Both the position numbers and the translations under genes were made by a program. The notes under the pieces were generated by a model. It saw only the letters and a program-made list of their open reading frames with translations, did no database searches and was not told the DNA's origin. A stretch of DNA of 64,000 nucleotides, from the NCBI GenBank assembly GCA_043228905.1, contig JBHGNT010000010.1:868001-932000 (forward strand), in the 5' to 3' direction. This document shows positions 52,001-64,000 of the stretch, one piece after another. The stretch's first letter is position 1; every line of letters starts with the position of its first letter. This DNA comes from Azolla caroliniana. Lineage: Eukaryota; Plantae; Polypodiophyta.

Positions 52001-52593
52001 GAAAGCTGATCCTGCCTTTCTATTCTTTCACGCTTTTTTGCATTATTCTTCCAATGACCATGTTCATACCAGAAGCTCAGTTGCCTGCATGGGTAGTATG
52101 CTATGTACCTGCCATCATGTCTTTACTTAATATTGTTCCAGCCCCCAGGTCATTCCCCTTCATTGTGCCATATTTACTCTTCGAGAATACTATGTCAGTT
52201 ACCAAGTTCAATGCAATGGTATCAGGCCTATTCCAGCTTGGTAGTGCCTATGAATGGGTTGTTACCAAGAAGGTTGGAAGATCATCAGAATCGGATTTAG
52301 TTGCTTTTGCTGAAAGAGAAGCAAATGTAGAACAAGAAGTAGGGTTGCTCCATCGGGGTGTGTCTGAATCTGGTTTGGATCAACTAAACAAGCAAAATGA
52401 GGAGCTACCTAAGCCACACAAGAAGAAGATAAACCGAATCTATAGGAAAGAATTAACATTAGCTTTCCTTTTGCTAACAGCGTCGGCAAGAAGTCTATTA
52501 TCAGTTCAAGGTGTGCACTTCTACTTTTTGCTCTTTCAGGGCATATCGTTCCTAGTTGTGGGCTTGGATCTCATTGGGGAGCAAGTGAGCTAA
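49028..52593 (+). CDS. CSLC: Cellulose synthase-like C (xyloglucan beta-1,4-glucan synthase, GT2), 5 exons
   Basis: Exons 49028-49759, 50724-51032, 51290-51580, 51703-51816 and 51952-52593. Motifs [69 protein letters not shown] (D,DxD,D,QxxRW), [15 protein letters not shown]. Confidence 0.97.
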
Positions 52594-55413
52594 GGCCCAT
52601 TCACACGTAGCTTTAACACAATATGAGAGGTCGGCAACACCATGTATGTCATGGTGCATAATGCATTGCTTCGAAATAAAACAAAGTGCAATATTTGCTG
52701 CCTGTGAACATATATGCCATTCCAATGGAGTAGAACTTTGAGGTACAACTTATACCCATATAGCTTTTACTTACATGGGCTTCATGGTATCGAAGTTGTC
52801 ATTTGCAGCGATTCTGGCATGTGGAAGTACTCATGCATTCGTGCCTTTCGTCACTTCCATTTTGCCTGTAGAAAGAGTAGACTTGTGTAGAAAGAGCATT
52901 GATTTTATTCATTTCAGCATTTCTTATTTGTTGAATTATTTCTTGCAAGATCTATTATAAACCCACCATCGTCAGAGGCACATTATGCTAATGGTGTATA
53001 GAGTTGCTAGTTCAGTATTGAGCTTCTAAATGCAACTTCTAGGTTTTAGGGATATAAAAGAAACAGTGTTATTTCTCATTGTTGCTTCCTATTCAAATTT
53101 ACGTGTATTTTTTCCATTTTATTCTAAAGTCATGTGGTATTTGAAATCTCTCTCATCACTCTTTCCATATCTAAATCTGTGGTTATATAGGTTAAAGAAC
53201 GCATTTGAATTTCAAATGATGTGCATGAATGTTAATAAACAAGTTTGTTTTGATCATTCAAGATCTCTAATCCATATCCAGACTGTATACCTAGAATGAA
53301 AACCCAACAGTGTCTAGGTTTGTAGGATTCATTGAAAGCGACAATTGATAATCTTTTGGGTTTTTGTATCGGTGAGATGAGTTTCAAGCCGAATATTCCA
53401 TTTCAAATGTGAGACATGCTGTCTATCTTTGATTGTGCTAGTTGCTAGGGCTATACTTCTTGATAAGTGTTATCTTTCTCTTTAGTTTCTTTTATCTGTA
53501 AGAAATGGCATGTTACTTGTACTTTTTTGACAAAGCAATTATCTCATACATATGTACTTAGCTGTGCCATGAGGATGATAGTTAGTAAGTGAAAGTTGAA
53601 TGTGGTTCCCTAGCATGGTTTGTACTACAAGATCTTCCTTGTTTTGCATGCTTGAGAAAGTTGCAAGGCTTTCTTCACACTTAGTTCTGTCATTATTAGG
53701 TGTGATGACCATGGTACAAACACAAACTTAATGTTAATGCATTGTTTGTCTAATGTGAGCAACTAGAATCAAGTTGCATGTGAGATCTTTGATTGGCACT
53801 TTCATGAGAGCTTGGAGTTGTGTGGGTTCTTGATATGGCATCATGTTGTTTCAAACAACAAATATTATTACATGAACATTCATACTAAATACTTAACTAT
53901 CTCCCTTGCAACTGTATTTAACAATAGTCAATAATATTAGGGCCGTGTGAGAAGGATATCTCGAAATACAGATATGTTGTTTCTTGGGAAAATACATATA
54001 ACTCAAACAAGTTTTTACGATTGGAAAATTAGTAATTAAAATTCCATCTCGCACCTTAAATAATAAAGCTTGCCATTATTCCCAATGGATGATGGTTGAT
54101 AAGTAATTCAATGATTAGACACAAGAATTGAGATATTAATCCCATCCATACAATACTTGTAGTGGCACTTCTTTAGGTTCAATTCTAGAGAGGTTGGTCT
54201 AATGTTAAGTTCATTATATTTTGACATCATTCTCATGATAAGTTAATTAACACAATTCTCTCTAAAAGGATGGCTTTACAAATTCATTTGCTAGAATTCG
54301 AAGGGTGGAATGCCAATTCATATATTGTGGTAGATTGAAATAGGCACACATATTTCCATGATAATCTTATGACTTATTTGTTTTTATAGAAAGCTCAATT
54401 GTTTTGCAAACAAGTCTCAACTTTTTTGAATAAAGAGTCAAATTGGTTTTCATATGAGATATATGCTTTACGATAACTTTTGCTTATTTGCTGAGTTTTG
54501 TAATAGTCTACAAATGTCCAAAGGAATCACGACGTAGATGTCACTAGTTTTTTTAAATTGAATATGGTTTTCTTCAAAAATGAAGAAATGTGTAATGTAT
54601 TGATTGTGTTGGGCACTAACTATCTATAAGGAGGATTGTCTTATCATGATGTATAGCATTGTGACATATTAACATATACCAGATCCAAATTATGAGCTTT
54701 GTTGTCACATTCTTTAAGGATAGTTCTTGGAGATAGTAAGTGCCCACAATGGAGAAGACCTTTGTTACAGTATAAAAATAATTAAGGACGATCTTATGGG
54801 CCCACCATGAAGGAGACCTTTGGTATAGTATAGATTCGGTTTCTTAATATGCTCAAATGCTTACCCACACTTAATGGCACAATTCCTTTAACGAGCTAGT
54901 CTATTCTTTTGAAAAGTATGGTGAGGCCCATATCTCAACATGAAGAAGGCAGGCACATGTTTTTTTGCTTCTTTTTTTTTGTTATTGATGGAACAATGAA
55001 AGTGTTTGTTTTCTTGTAAACATACCAAGTTTGCATTGAGATGTTGTAGTTGCATCCTTGCTATGAATGTAATGCCTTGTTACGATACTTCGATTGAGAT
55101 GGCCTATCGAACATGTCATGGATATCGAGCTTGTTGCAGCATTAATTATTTACTAGACACAATTAGAGACTCATTATAGACCAATTCACCGGGCCACATG
55201 CTAAGGTACAGAGAAAGTGCCAACAAACAACGATGATCCGCTTCTCGGATCGCAATACTAATCATGTGATTACATTGGTCATCCAATGCTAAATGAGTCC
55301 GAGGGCATTTTTTGTGTAATTTCCCAAAACCGAACTTGAATTTGTGTAGAACTAGGAGGCTATATTTGTAAATTTGTACTCTCTGTCTCTCTGTCTCTCG
55401 TTGTTCCAGTGTA

Positions 55414-57815
55414 ATGAACGAACAGGAAAATCTTCCGCTCACCATCGCCATTCGATTCGTCTCTGTGTTTTTTTTCTTCTCATTCATAATATTTTTGACG
55501 CCTAAAGGTATGTTTCTCCAACCTTGTCTCTGCTCAATTATTAAAGAGGTGGAGAAACCCTAAACCCTCTTCTTTCAGATTGCCTTTCTTGGACTCTTGG
55601 CGTGGAAGCTCATATTGGGAATGATAATCAGAAGAACCAAGCAAATGGGTCTTTCCCAAATAGTTCTAAATCAAATGGTTCGTTTCCAGATGAGTCTACA
55701 GTTCCCACTTTTGATTTGAAAGAAGATCATTTTTCTTCTCATGATGGACACAATGGGATTCTTGAGAAACGAAAGGAACATCGAGCAAGAAGGAAGGAAG
55801 GTAGATGTAGCTCTTTTTCGAAGGCGAGGTTTTTTGGAATACTTCATGGTCCTTCTTCCCTTTGTAAATGCCCTTCCCATGGCTTACGAAAACTTGTTGG
55901 TAAACATTTTAATGTCATGGGAAGGCATTGTTTAAATGAAAAGTGTGAAAATCATTCAGCGAACAGTAGTGTTTGTGATTTTGAAAGTGCAAAGTTGCAA
56001 CATGGCATATCTATGGAGAGTGATATGTCTAGAAGATGTAACATGAATGATGATGTCATTGATAATAATCATGAGAATGATGTTCCTGGAAATGGTCAGG
56101 ATGTTATTGGACATGGAAAGTTAAGTGACAATAAAGAAAATCTGATCTATGATGAAGAAATGAAGATTCATGGACATCTTTATAATGTGAACAGAAATGT
56201 ACATGATGTTAGTAAAACAGAGGCTGATATGGTTGCCGCAAGCAATGAATCAATGTTGAAGTCTCATAAAAAAATCCAGAATGAAACCAACTCCATTGTC
56301 ACCGACTCTAGCAAAATTCATCTTAGGCAGGAAATTGATGGTGGCCTATATAACTATGCATCTGATGCAAAGGGTGCAAAAATATTGTCTTCCAATAAAG
56401 AAGCGAAAGGAGCCTCCAATATCCTGAACAAAGACAAAGACAAGTATTTCTGGAGTCCTTGCAATGCTGAGAATAAGTATATTGATTTGGAGCTCTCAGA
56501 AGAGACTTTAGTGGTCGAGATAGTCGTCACAAACTACGAGTTTTACTCATCTAATGTCAGAGATTTTGAGCTTTTGGGAAGCTCAATTTACCCTGCTGAA
56601 GAGTGGACTTTACTAGGAAAGTTCGAAGCTGAGAATGGTAGAGTTTCTCAAAACTTTACCTTAACTGAACCCAAGTGGGCACGGTACTTGAGAGTTCAAA
56701 TTGTTAGCTCTTATGGCTCCGATTTCTATTGTACTTTAAGCATTTTAGAAGTACATGGGGTTGATGCAATTGAATGGTTATTGGAAGAGTGGTTTGCTGA
56801 AGAAGGTTATAGCATGGATCAAAAAGATGAGTTGACATCCAATCATCTTAACGAGGACATGGACTCAAGTAAAGAAGGTTGGATTCAAACGATGGAGGAG
56901 AAGAAATCTCGGCCAGAACATCAGCTAACGAATAGGCTGGGTCTAGATGCAGTAATGAAGCTCATGATGCAGAAAATCCGATTTCTAGAGCATAATCAAC
57001 CTCACCTCTTTCAATTAAAAGAATTGGACGATCAATACAGAGAGATTCTTAGTTTGTACACGAATGAGTTAAATCTTATGAAGGGCAAATTGGAGGAGGC
57101 AGCAGTAAATATATCAGGCCTCAATGCATTGCTAAGCATGATGGTGAATATTTGATGTCTTAATTTCTTTGGGATTGTTAACAATATGTAGAATTGAGTG
57201 GTGCGAGGAAATTTGATGAAAATGATGGTGTAGGAACAAAAGTGGTATGAAGAGAAGCATGAGCTTGAAACAGATCTTTTGAATCACATCAGAACATGGA
57301 GTGCGGAATTGGATTTGATAAGGTAACAAATCCCGTTTTTCTTCAATGGTATCAGAGCATTTCACTTTCATGGGACATTTATGTTATTCATATGTGCGTT
57401 TGTATACATTTTCAGGTTTTCCTTCTGACAATCCCTTTACGTTTTATGTTTCCATGTCCTCACTGTGCACATTTATGTTATCTTCATTGCATTGTTTCTA
57501 AATTTGACTGTATTTTAAATGTTCTTTTTTGGATTTTCACTTACTGAGGTTACCCACCACTAGTATCATGCTTTGTTCAACACAATATGCTTTGTATGCA
57601 GGAGTGAGGTGAAGAAGGCAAAGAACAAGGAGATTGTAGCGTTGACGGTTGCATTATTATCCGTCATATTCGTTGTTTCGATTCATATATTCATGTTTTG
57701 CATGTCATTGTTCAAACGACGTATGCATGATAACAAAGAGCTGGTGTCACTCGTGCAGATTTTATGGATTGTGCCATTTTTGAGTGCTACTTTAGTAGTG
57801 TTTGTTCTTTCATGA
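55414..57815 (+). CDS. Mid-SUN domain protein (SUN3/4/5-like), 4 exons
   Basis: Exons 55414-55507 (MNEQENLPLTIAIRFVSVFFFFSFIIFLTPK, N-terminal TM), 55579-57143, 57234-57322 and 57602-57815 (C-terminal TMs). SUN domain YNYASDAKGAKILSSNKEAKGASNILNKDKDKY...ELSEETLV...SSNVRDFELLGS..YP...EPKWARYL...YGSDFYCTLS..EVHGVDA, followed by a coiled coil. Confidence 0.93.
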
Positions 57816-59099
57816 TCATGATTCAAATTCATGACTTTCCATTAAGAAGAGGCAATATGCCCATTTCTCTGGTGTGGTCATGAATGAGTCCTATAGTTAG
57901 GGAGGTATTTGTTGATTTAATTTGTGTAAGTATCACTCCTTGTTCTCATTCTGTAAATATTTAGCTCACTTTTGAAATTTAATATCAGCTGGAAATATTT
58001 TACCTAGCTTTATTGAAATCCCTGCCAGCAACAAGTTGAAATAAAAATTTATCAACAAGTTAAAACTTGACTCGGACTTGTTTTCTGGTAATCCGTTCCA
58101 ATTTTTCCGGGATGATTTGGATCCATAGTTTGTGGCTTTGAGCTCTTCAACCATTCTCTTGTTCTCTCAATGGGTCGGATTTTGGGTTTCGTAGACACAA
58201 GATGGATATCTCGCAATCAATTCCAATGCATAATAGACATTCAAGTTTTAACTCATGCCAACCTTAATGTTCTTGATTTGTCTTAGAAGTTGTATAGTAA
58301 GTATATGCCATCTCTTTTGATTGTTCAAAGTTTGAAGTTAGTGATAAATTAGTGTGTGATCAAGGAGAAAAAATAAATTTGAATGATGATGATAAAATGA
58401 TTTGACGAAATCGGGACACAATGATTCAATGCAGCTTGGCCATAGGCTTGCATTCAGTGGGAGAGCAACAAGAAAATTCCAGTATGACAAAGAAGAGGTG
58501 AAATTAACATTCTCGACATTCCACCCACAACTTGGATCTAACCTAGTACAACACTTGAAAATCTTATAGGGCCAAAACAGCCTTTTCTCTATTAATGTCT
58601 CTCTCGCAAATATCACTAGAACTAAAGAAAGAATAGCAAATAAAACTCTGATTCTTAGATTTTTGGCATGCTTGAAATGGACTGAAGTTATGGCTTTTCT
58701 AGACAAGTGGAAATGGCCTTTGGTATGCTCTATAGAGAGAACCGTAACTTCTTATTTGATTCAAAAAACTGTACAAAAGAGTTGGGTCTCAAGCCCATTA
58801 TTTTATCTATATAGGACACATCTCCAACGTGGCCAAGATGTGGCTGTAGCTTTTCTTCAACTACCACCCCCCATCATCTTGGCTATAGGCACTAGTTTGG
58901 TCACCATATTTGTCGGATTATTTATCGCAAAGACTTTTTAATTGTAATAAAACCTTGAGGTACTAAATTCTTGATGAAGTGCAACATGACCTTTGTATTT
59001 GATTTGTTCATGGTGCATTTAATTTTTGGTCATATGAATGGTAGGTTGACTGTTATTGTAAACTATTGTCTTATTTAACAAATTCCCTAAGTGACCAAC

Positions 59100-59850
59100 C
59101 AAATCTCGAAGCCAAATAATACATTCCATTGCATTTCTTGCTACAATGTGTTCAACTATGACAAGCTTTTCAACTTGTGTCACATCCAAATAGAGTGAAA
59201 TCGTGCCTTGTCAAAGACCTCTTGTCTCCAACATTATCTTAATTCCCATGCACTTGGAGTAGTGTCTTATATATTTTCCATAAACCAAGCCAACATTAAT
59301 CATACCCTTCAATTTCTCAAATTTATTTCATACTTGCCAATGTACTTTTCATAGGTTTCCCAATGTATCTACCTATTATAGTCATAACATGTGCAATATC
59401 AAATCTAGTAGACAGTGGACACTATGGCATATAGAAGGTTCCCAGTATCACTTGGATAATGATCAAGAGACATTTGCTTCACCTTCTCCTCCACTCGTGA
59501 AGAGAAACCCACTGGAAGTTTGAAATCTGTTGCCAATGGAGTACTAACGAGTTTTGAGCTTTTCATACCAAGTCGCTCTAGAGCTTTTTTCAATGTACCT
59601 TTTTATGATATAGAAAAACATCCCTACTTTGATACGTATATATATCACCATTTTGGGAACTTTCTTTACAACACCTACATCTTTCACCTTAAACTTCACA
59701 TTCAACTGAGCTTTTAAAGTATTGATCTCTTACATATTCATACAAGCGGCCAACATGTCATCAACATACAAAATCAAATAAATGAAGGATTGATTCATGA
59801 GTGTCTTATAATGTACATAGCTATCATGTTCATTAACCAAAATTTATGGC
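59100..59850 (-). mobile_element. Degenerate Ty1/copia reverse transcriptase remnant
   Basis: Minus strand FIYLILYVDDMLAA (YVDD at ~59758-59769), then KKALERLGMKSSKLVSTPLA...GNLLYAIV...DIAH, with frameshifts and stops. Confidence 0.85.
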
Positions 59851-61487
59851 TTGTTAAAATGTATGTACTCATCTAAGTTCATGACTTGTTGAATGATGAG
59901 TGCTCATCTATGTTTATGGTTCACTGAAATGTAAGTGGTGTTCCAAGTTAATGGCTTATCAAAGTAAGCTCATGCCAAAATTTATGTATTCAATTGAATC
60001 TCAAGTGGGTGAGCAACCTCAAATGCGATGAGGTGGTTGTGTCCTTGAGCCATATGCCTTGACGATCATCTTAGTGGTAGATTTTTCTAGCCCTTGGGCA
60101 AGTATTCATCTACTACTAAAAATAGTATTATTTGGGATTTGTTTAAGCATGCCACTCAAAAGTGAGATTAATAGTGATTAGCGCAAAACTAACTACAATT
60201 AACTAGCAAAATTTGGAGAATCAATGCTAGTTAACAAAAACAATTACATAAATGAACCAAAAAACTAGAAACTAAATGGGTTTCCCACTAGTGCTTCTCG
60301 TACTACTACCTACCCTATTCATTGTGGGAGCTTAGGAAGCACTCAACTAGATGTTTGTTGGTTCTTAATCATCCTCAACGCTGATGCAAAATATTGGCAC
60401 CCTACTATTTGCTAGCATGGCAAAGATGTACGACCATGCATGTTCGAGCAAACCAAGAGACCAATTCGAGCATATTGTGAGCCTTTCACTTGACCTCTCT
60501 AACAATCTAAGGCTTGCTTTACCTATGTGTGTGGCATAATTAATCAAATGAACATGAGAAAGCAAAAGACAACACCTCCACACTACTTAAATGACAAAGA
60601 AGAGCTATAATTCACACTCTCTCTTTCAACCGTATCCAATGAATTACAACCCAAGAGTACTCTTCATAAGTACCCTTCTCTCTATTATACGTGTCTCATA
60701 TGCTCTTACTGGAGATCTTTTTCTCGTAAGGAAAGGATACCAAAGAAACAATGACTCTTGGATTTTTGGTTGCTCAATTGGTCACTTATAACATGCAATT
60801 GAATGGAAGTTATCATTATTTACAATTTACAACATGTGAAAGTGACCTTTGGTATGGTCTCTAACATGACCCACTTTCCATTCAATTTAAGAAACAACAT
60901 AAAAGGGTTGGTTTCTTCTTGAGTATGAGGTCCAAGCCCCTCAGTATTTTGGCCATACACTATAATTAGACATATTGTCCTCGTGGTCTTGGTCATGTCG
61001 CAATAATAATTTTTGTAGGTTTTCACCAAGCCAAATAATTGATTACAACAAAAATTGGGTGTACAAAATTATCAACACTTCTCAATCAAATGCATTATTG
61101 TAAATGTACATCATACCCCTATTGGACAATCATGTTTTTACTATGGCCATCTCTACATGCTTGGTATTTCTTTGAGTTTATCAAGCAACATATGTATATA
61201 TATTGGACAATTATATGTACTATTATTATGTTAGTTTTCACCTCCCATATCCTTCTCCTTGTCGCTTCCACGATGAGTAGGTTAGAGTATCACAAGATGA
61301 GTTGAGGGAAAGCATTGTAATAAATCGATATTCATTTACATCTAAGGCAACATATTTCTTATTACTTTTGCAAAATGTAGTAAACAAAATCTCAGTGATA
61401 TCAATGTCTAGTTGCATTCATTCAAAAGCTTGCTAGTTGTGTTTTGATGTTGTTATGTAGCTGTTTATTGTTATGTGGACAACGATT

Positions 61488-61516
<29 letters not shown>
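61488..61516. repeat. Poly-C tract (29 nt)
   Basis: Direct reading. Confidence 0.95.
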
Positions 61517-61519
<3 letters not shown>

Positions 61520-64000
61520 TTTTATCTAAAGTGTCACACAAGGATAGCCAGTATAAGAGTGACCTGTAAATTGCAGAGTATCTATCGATACTTTGAGTGT
61601 ACATAGCTTGATATGTATATGTGATTCACCTAACTAATGAGAAGCTATTTTTTCTCGAAAAAGAAAACTCATGTTAGAAATATATTAAATTCATGGTTTG
61701 GATATTTACACTTAGCAGAATTAAGGGCAATTTTGGTGGTTTATCAATGGGAATCATGTAGACTTGCTTAAGTGGTTACAAATATCCAATAAAAGGAAGT
61801 TATGCTAACTACCTAGCGCCCTCCCATGATAAAGCTCTTATTTGTCCTTTTTCTTGTTGGTGCAACCTTCATCATTGCTTTAATATCCTCTTCTCTACCT
61901 CCTCTCCTTTTTCTTCTACTAAAATTAAGTCTACTTCTTAATTTTGGGAACCCACTATTCTTTGTTTTGTCTACATCATAGCTACTTATAAGTTGCCCTA
62001 GTATCAATAGCATATTTTATGGTTGGGTACCAAGAGTAGGGTTCTCATGAAGATAAAGTGTAGGCTATCAACACGTGCTTCAATTGTACATTCACATGAG
62101 CTGGAAAAGCATGTTGGAAAACTTGGGGTAAGGTAAATTACCTAGCCTACCTCACATTTGCAAGAACTCCTTGAAATGAAGTAGAAGGTTTCGAGTATGC
62201 AATTCAAATGGTGACATGGAAATGGCTAGTTGAAATCCTTACACAATTGCCACCTTCATGTGAACATTAAGATAGCCGACATGACACACCAAGGAGAGAA
62301 GTTTTGCACATCACAACCATTTAGCCACCTGGTATACCATACATATGTGAATATCTTTCTTTTGAAAATTGTAAACAATGTGAATCACCTGTGAACTTAC
62401 ATTATGGCCAACTGTAGTGAGAGGAAACATTTGCTGAAAAATCTAACTTATTATGTCATATGCCTATGCCGAAGTTTAAATATCTTGTACCCTTGTGCCG
62501 CCTATCTATTGCAACACACTACATAAAACATCCTAGAGTATGGGCTTGCTATATTTCAAATCAAGTTTGATCGACAAACTATGTAATTGTGTTGTTGATA
62601 TTATATGTTTGAATATCCAATGTTTAAATAAAACCAAATTAGGGATGACAAATCATTGTCAATTGTTGAATTGTATAAGGATCACTAACCACGATGACAT
62701 TGCATAAGTATTCTAACCTTTCCCAAATGGTTCATCTGAAGTCTAGAAATGAGGGAAACTTCCCATTATTCACTTATGAAACATGGATTGCATAGAAGAC
62801 CTATCTCTATTAAGTAAAAAATAAGATTATGACAATATGCATAGACCTTTCGCTAGAAATATTAAAGAGCTTGCCTATTAATGCTACAAGGTGGTAAGTA
62901 TACATGCTTACATTGGTTAACTTTAATAAATGACCGATCTTCGTCGATCTTACTAAACCAATGTACGTCGATGTGATTTTTGCATAAGGGTCGGCTCATT
63001 AAAAACAATAAATTCCTTTTTATGTTACTTTTTGTGAAATCAATTGATACTTTTTTGACTTTGACTCTATATCATGAACATGAGAAACTATAGTATGTCT
63101 TTTTTTACCTCATAATACATGACTCCTCATCTAATAGCAATGAGAAACATTAATTACTTTACACATCAAGTTTTGTGTCCCTTACTAATGCTAAGTGTTC
63201 CTCGATGGCATTTTGAAAAACCCAATTATGAGTGCATTCTCGAGTCCCAATGTTAAGAGTCTATTACTAATCAATAGACCAAAATAAAGTAAAAACTAGG
63301 TAAATAGATTGGATAGAAGAACCTGTTCCACTCAACCACCCCTGAGCCATGATCAAAACATAGTCAACCTACCGTCGACGTCCCATATCGCCGGATATTA
63401 GGATGACTAATACCTTGGAAGAGATTAACACGATCGTCGTGACGAAAGCCCGCACCATCAGTGTCTAAGACAGCAGCCTTCTGACATAATGTGTTTATGA
63501 GGGTAGCTAAGCCTTATCTTTATACCTCTTCCTCGGCCCCTTGAATAGATGTGCTTTTCTAAAAAGACTCTCCATTCATTGGTTGTCAAGATCATGATAG
63601 TGCATGCACCTATCATTCCTATCCAATTACATTAGTCCCTTTCTAACATTAGTGAACATACCATTCAATTATGTAAAAATTAGTGACCTACCCTCACATA
63701 CATTATGTGTACATAACACCCAACCTCCACCAATGCAAAGACTAACATTCTTGATGCTCCTTCCTAGCTATATCCTTCATCATGCAAACTAGCAGATGAG
63801 AAATAACATACATTCTATACATTTATTATTGTTGTGGAATGGCCAACTTGGTGAAAACATTCAAGATCTTGATTATGTGACTACATATAAATTGATATTT
63901 GGAAGAGGATTAAATATGTAAGGTGAAATTAATTCTTATTTAGATATAAGAATAAAGTTATGCAAAACTTCTCATAATAGTGCCAAACAATGTCTAAGAT

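Overview
Eukaryotic, AT-rich, intron-rich land-plant nuclear DNA. It is most likely from a fern, inferred from unedited plastid-derived codons in an intronic insertion. Six spliced or intronless genes can be read. (1) Nucleoporin GP210/NUP210 (+, 1003-24497, 5' exon(s) upstream of the window, about 40 exons, TE-expanded introns). (2) An intronless, divergent dirigent-like gene (+, 25885-26703). (3) A conserved plant gene of unknown function (-, 27836-29643). (4) A BORCS5-like, probably N-myristoylated protein (-, 31263-33954). (5) A CSLC xyloglucan glucan synthase (+, 49028-52593). (6) A mid-SUN nuclear envelope/ER protein (+, 55414-57815). Intergenic and intronic space holds LINE, copia and hAT-like remnants, microsatellites and many short tandem duplications. 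The most unusual item is a ~190-bp mosaic plastid insertion (rpoC2 + ndhD + 16S rRNA fragments from distant plastome loci) in a GP210 intron. It retains pre-editing codons and shows methyl-C deamination. Also notable are a degenerate 17-bp telobox-containing minisatellite plus a Ser/Pro uORF before CSLC, an RT-less internally deleted LINE, and a duplicated GP210 C-terminus. All family assignments are from recalled motifs; no database searches were run. I found no convincing novel multi-gene system.
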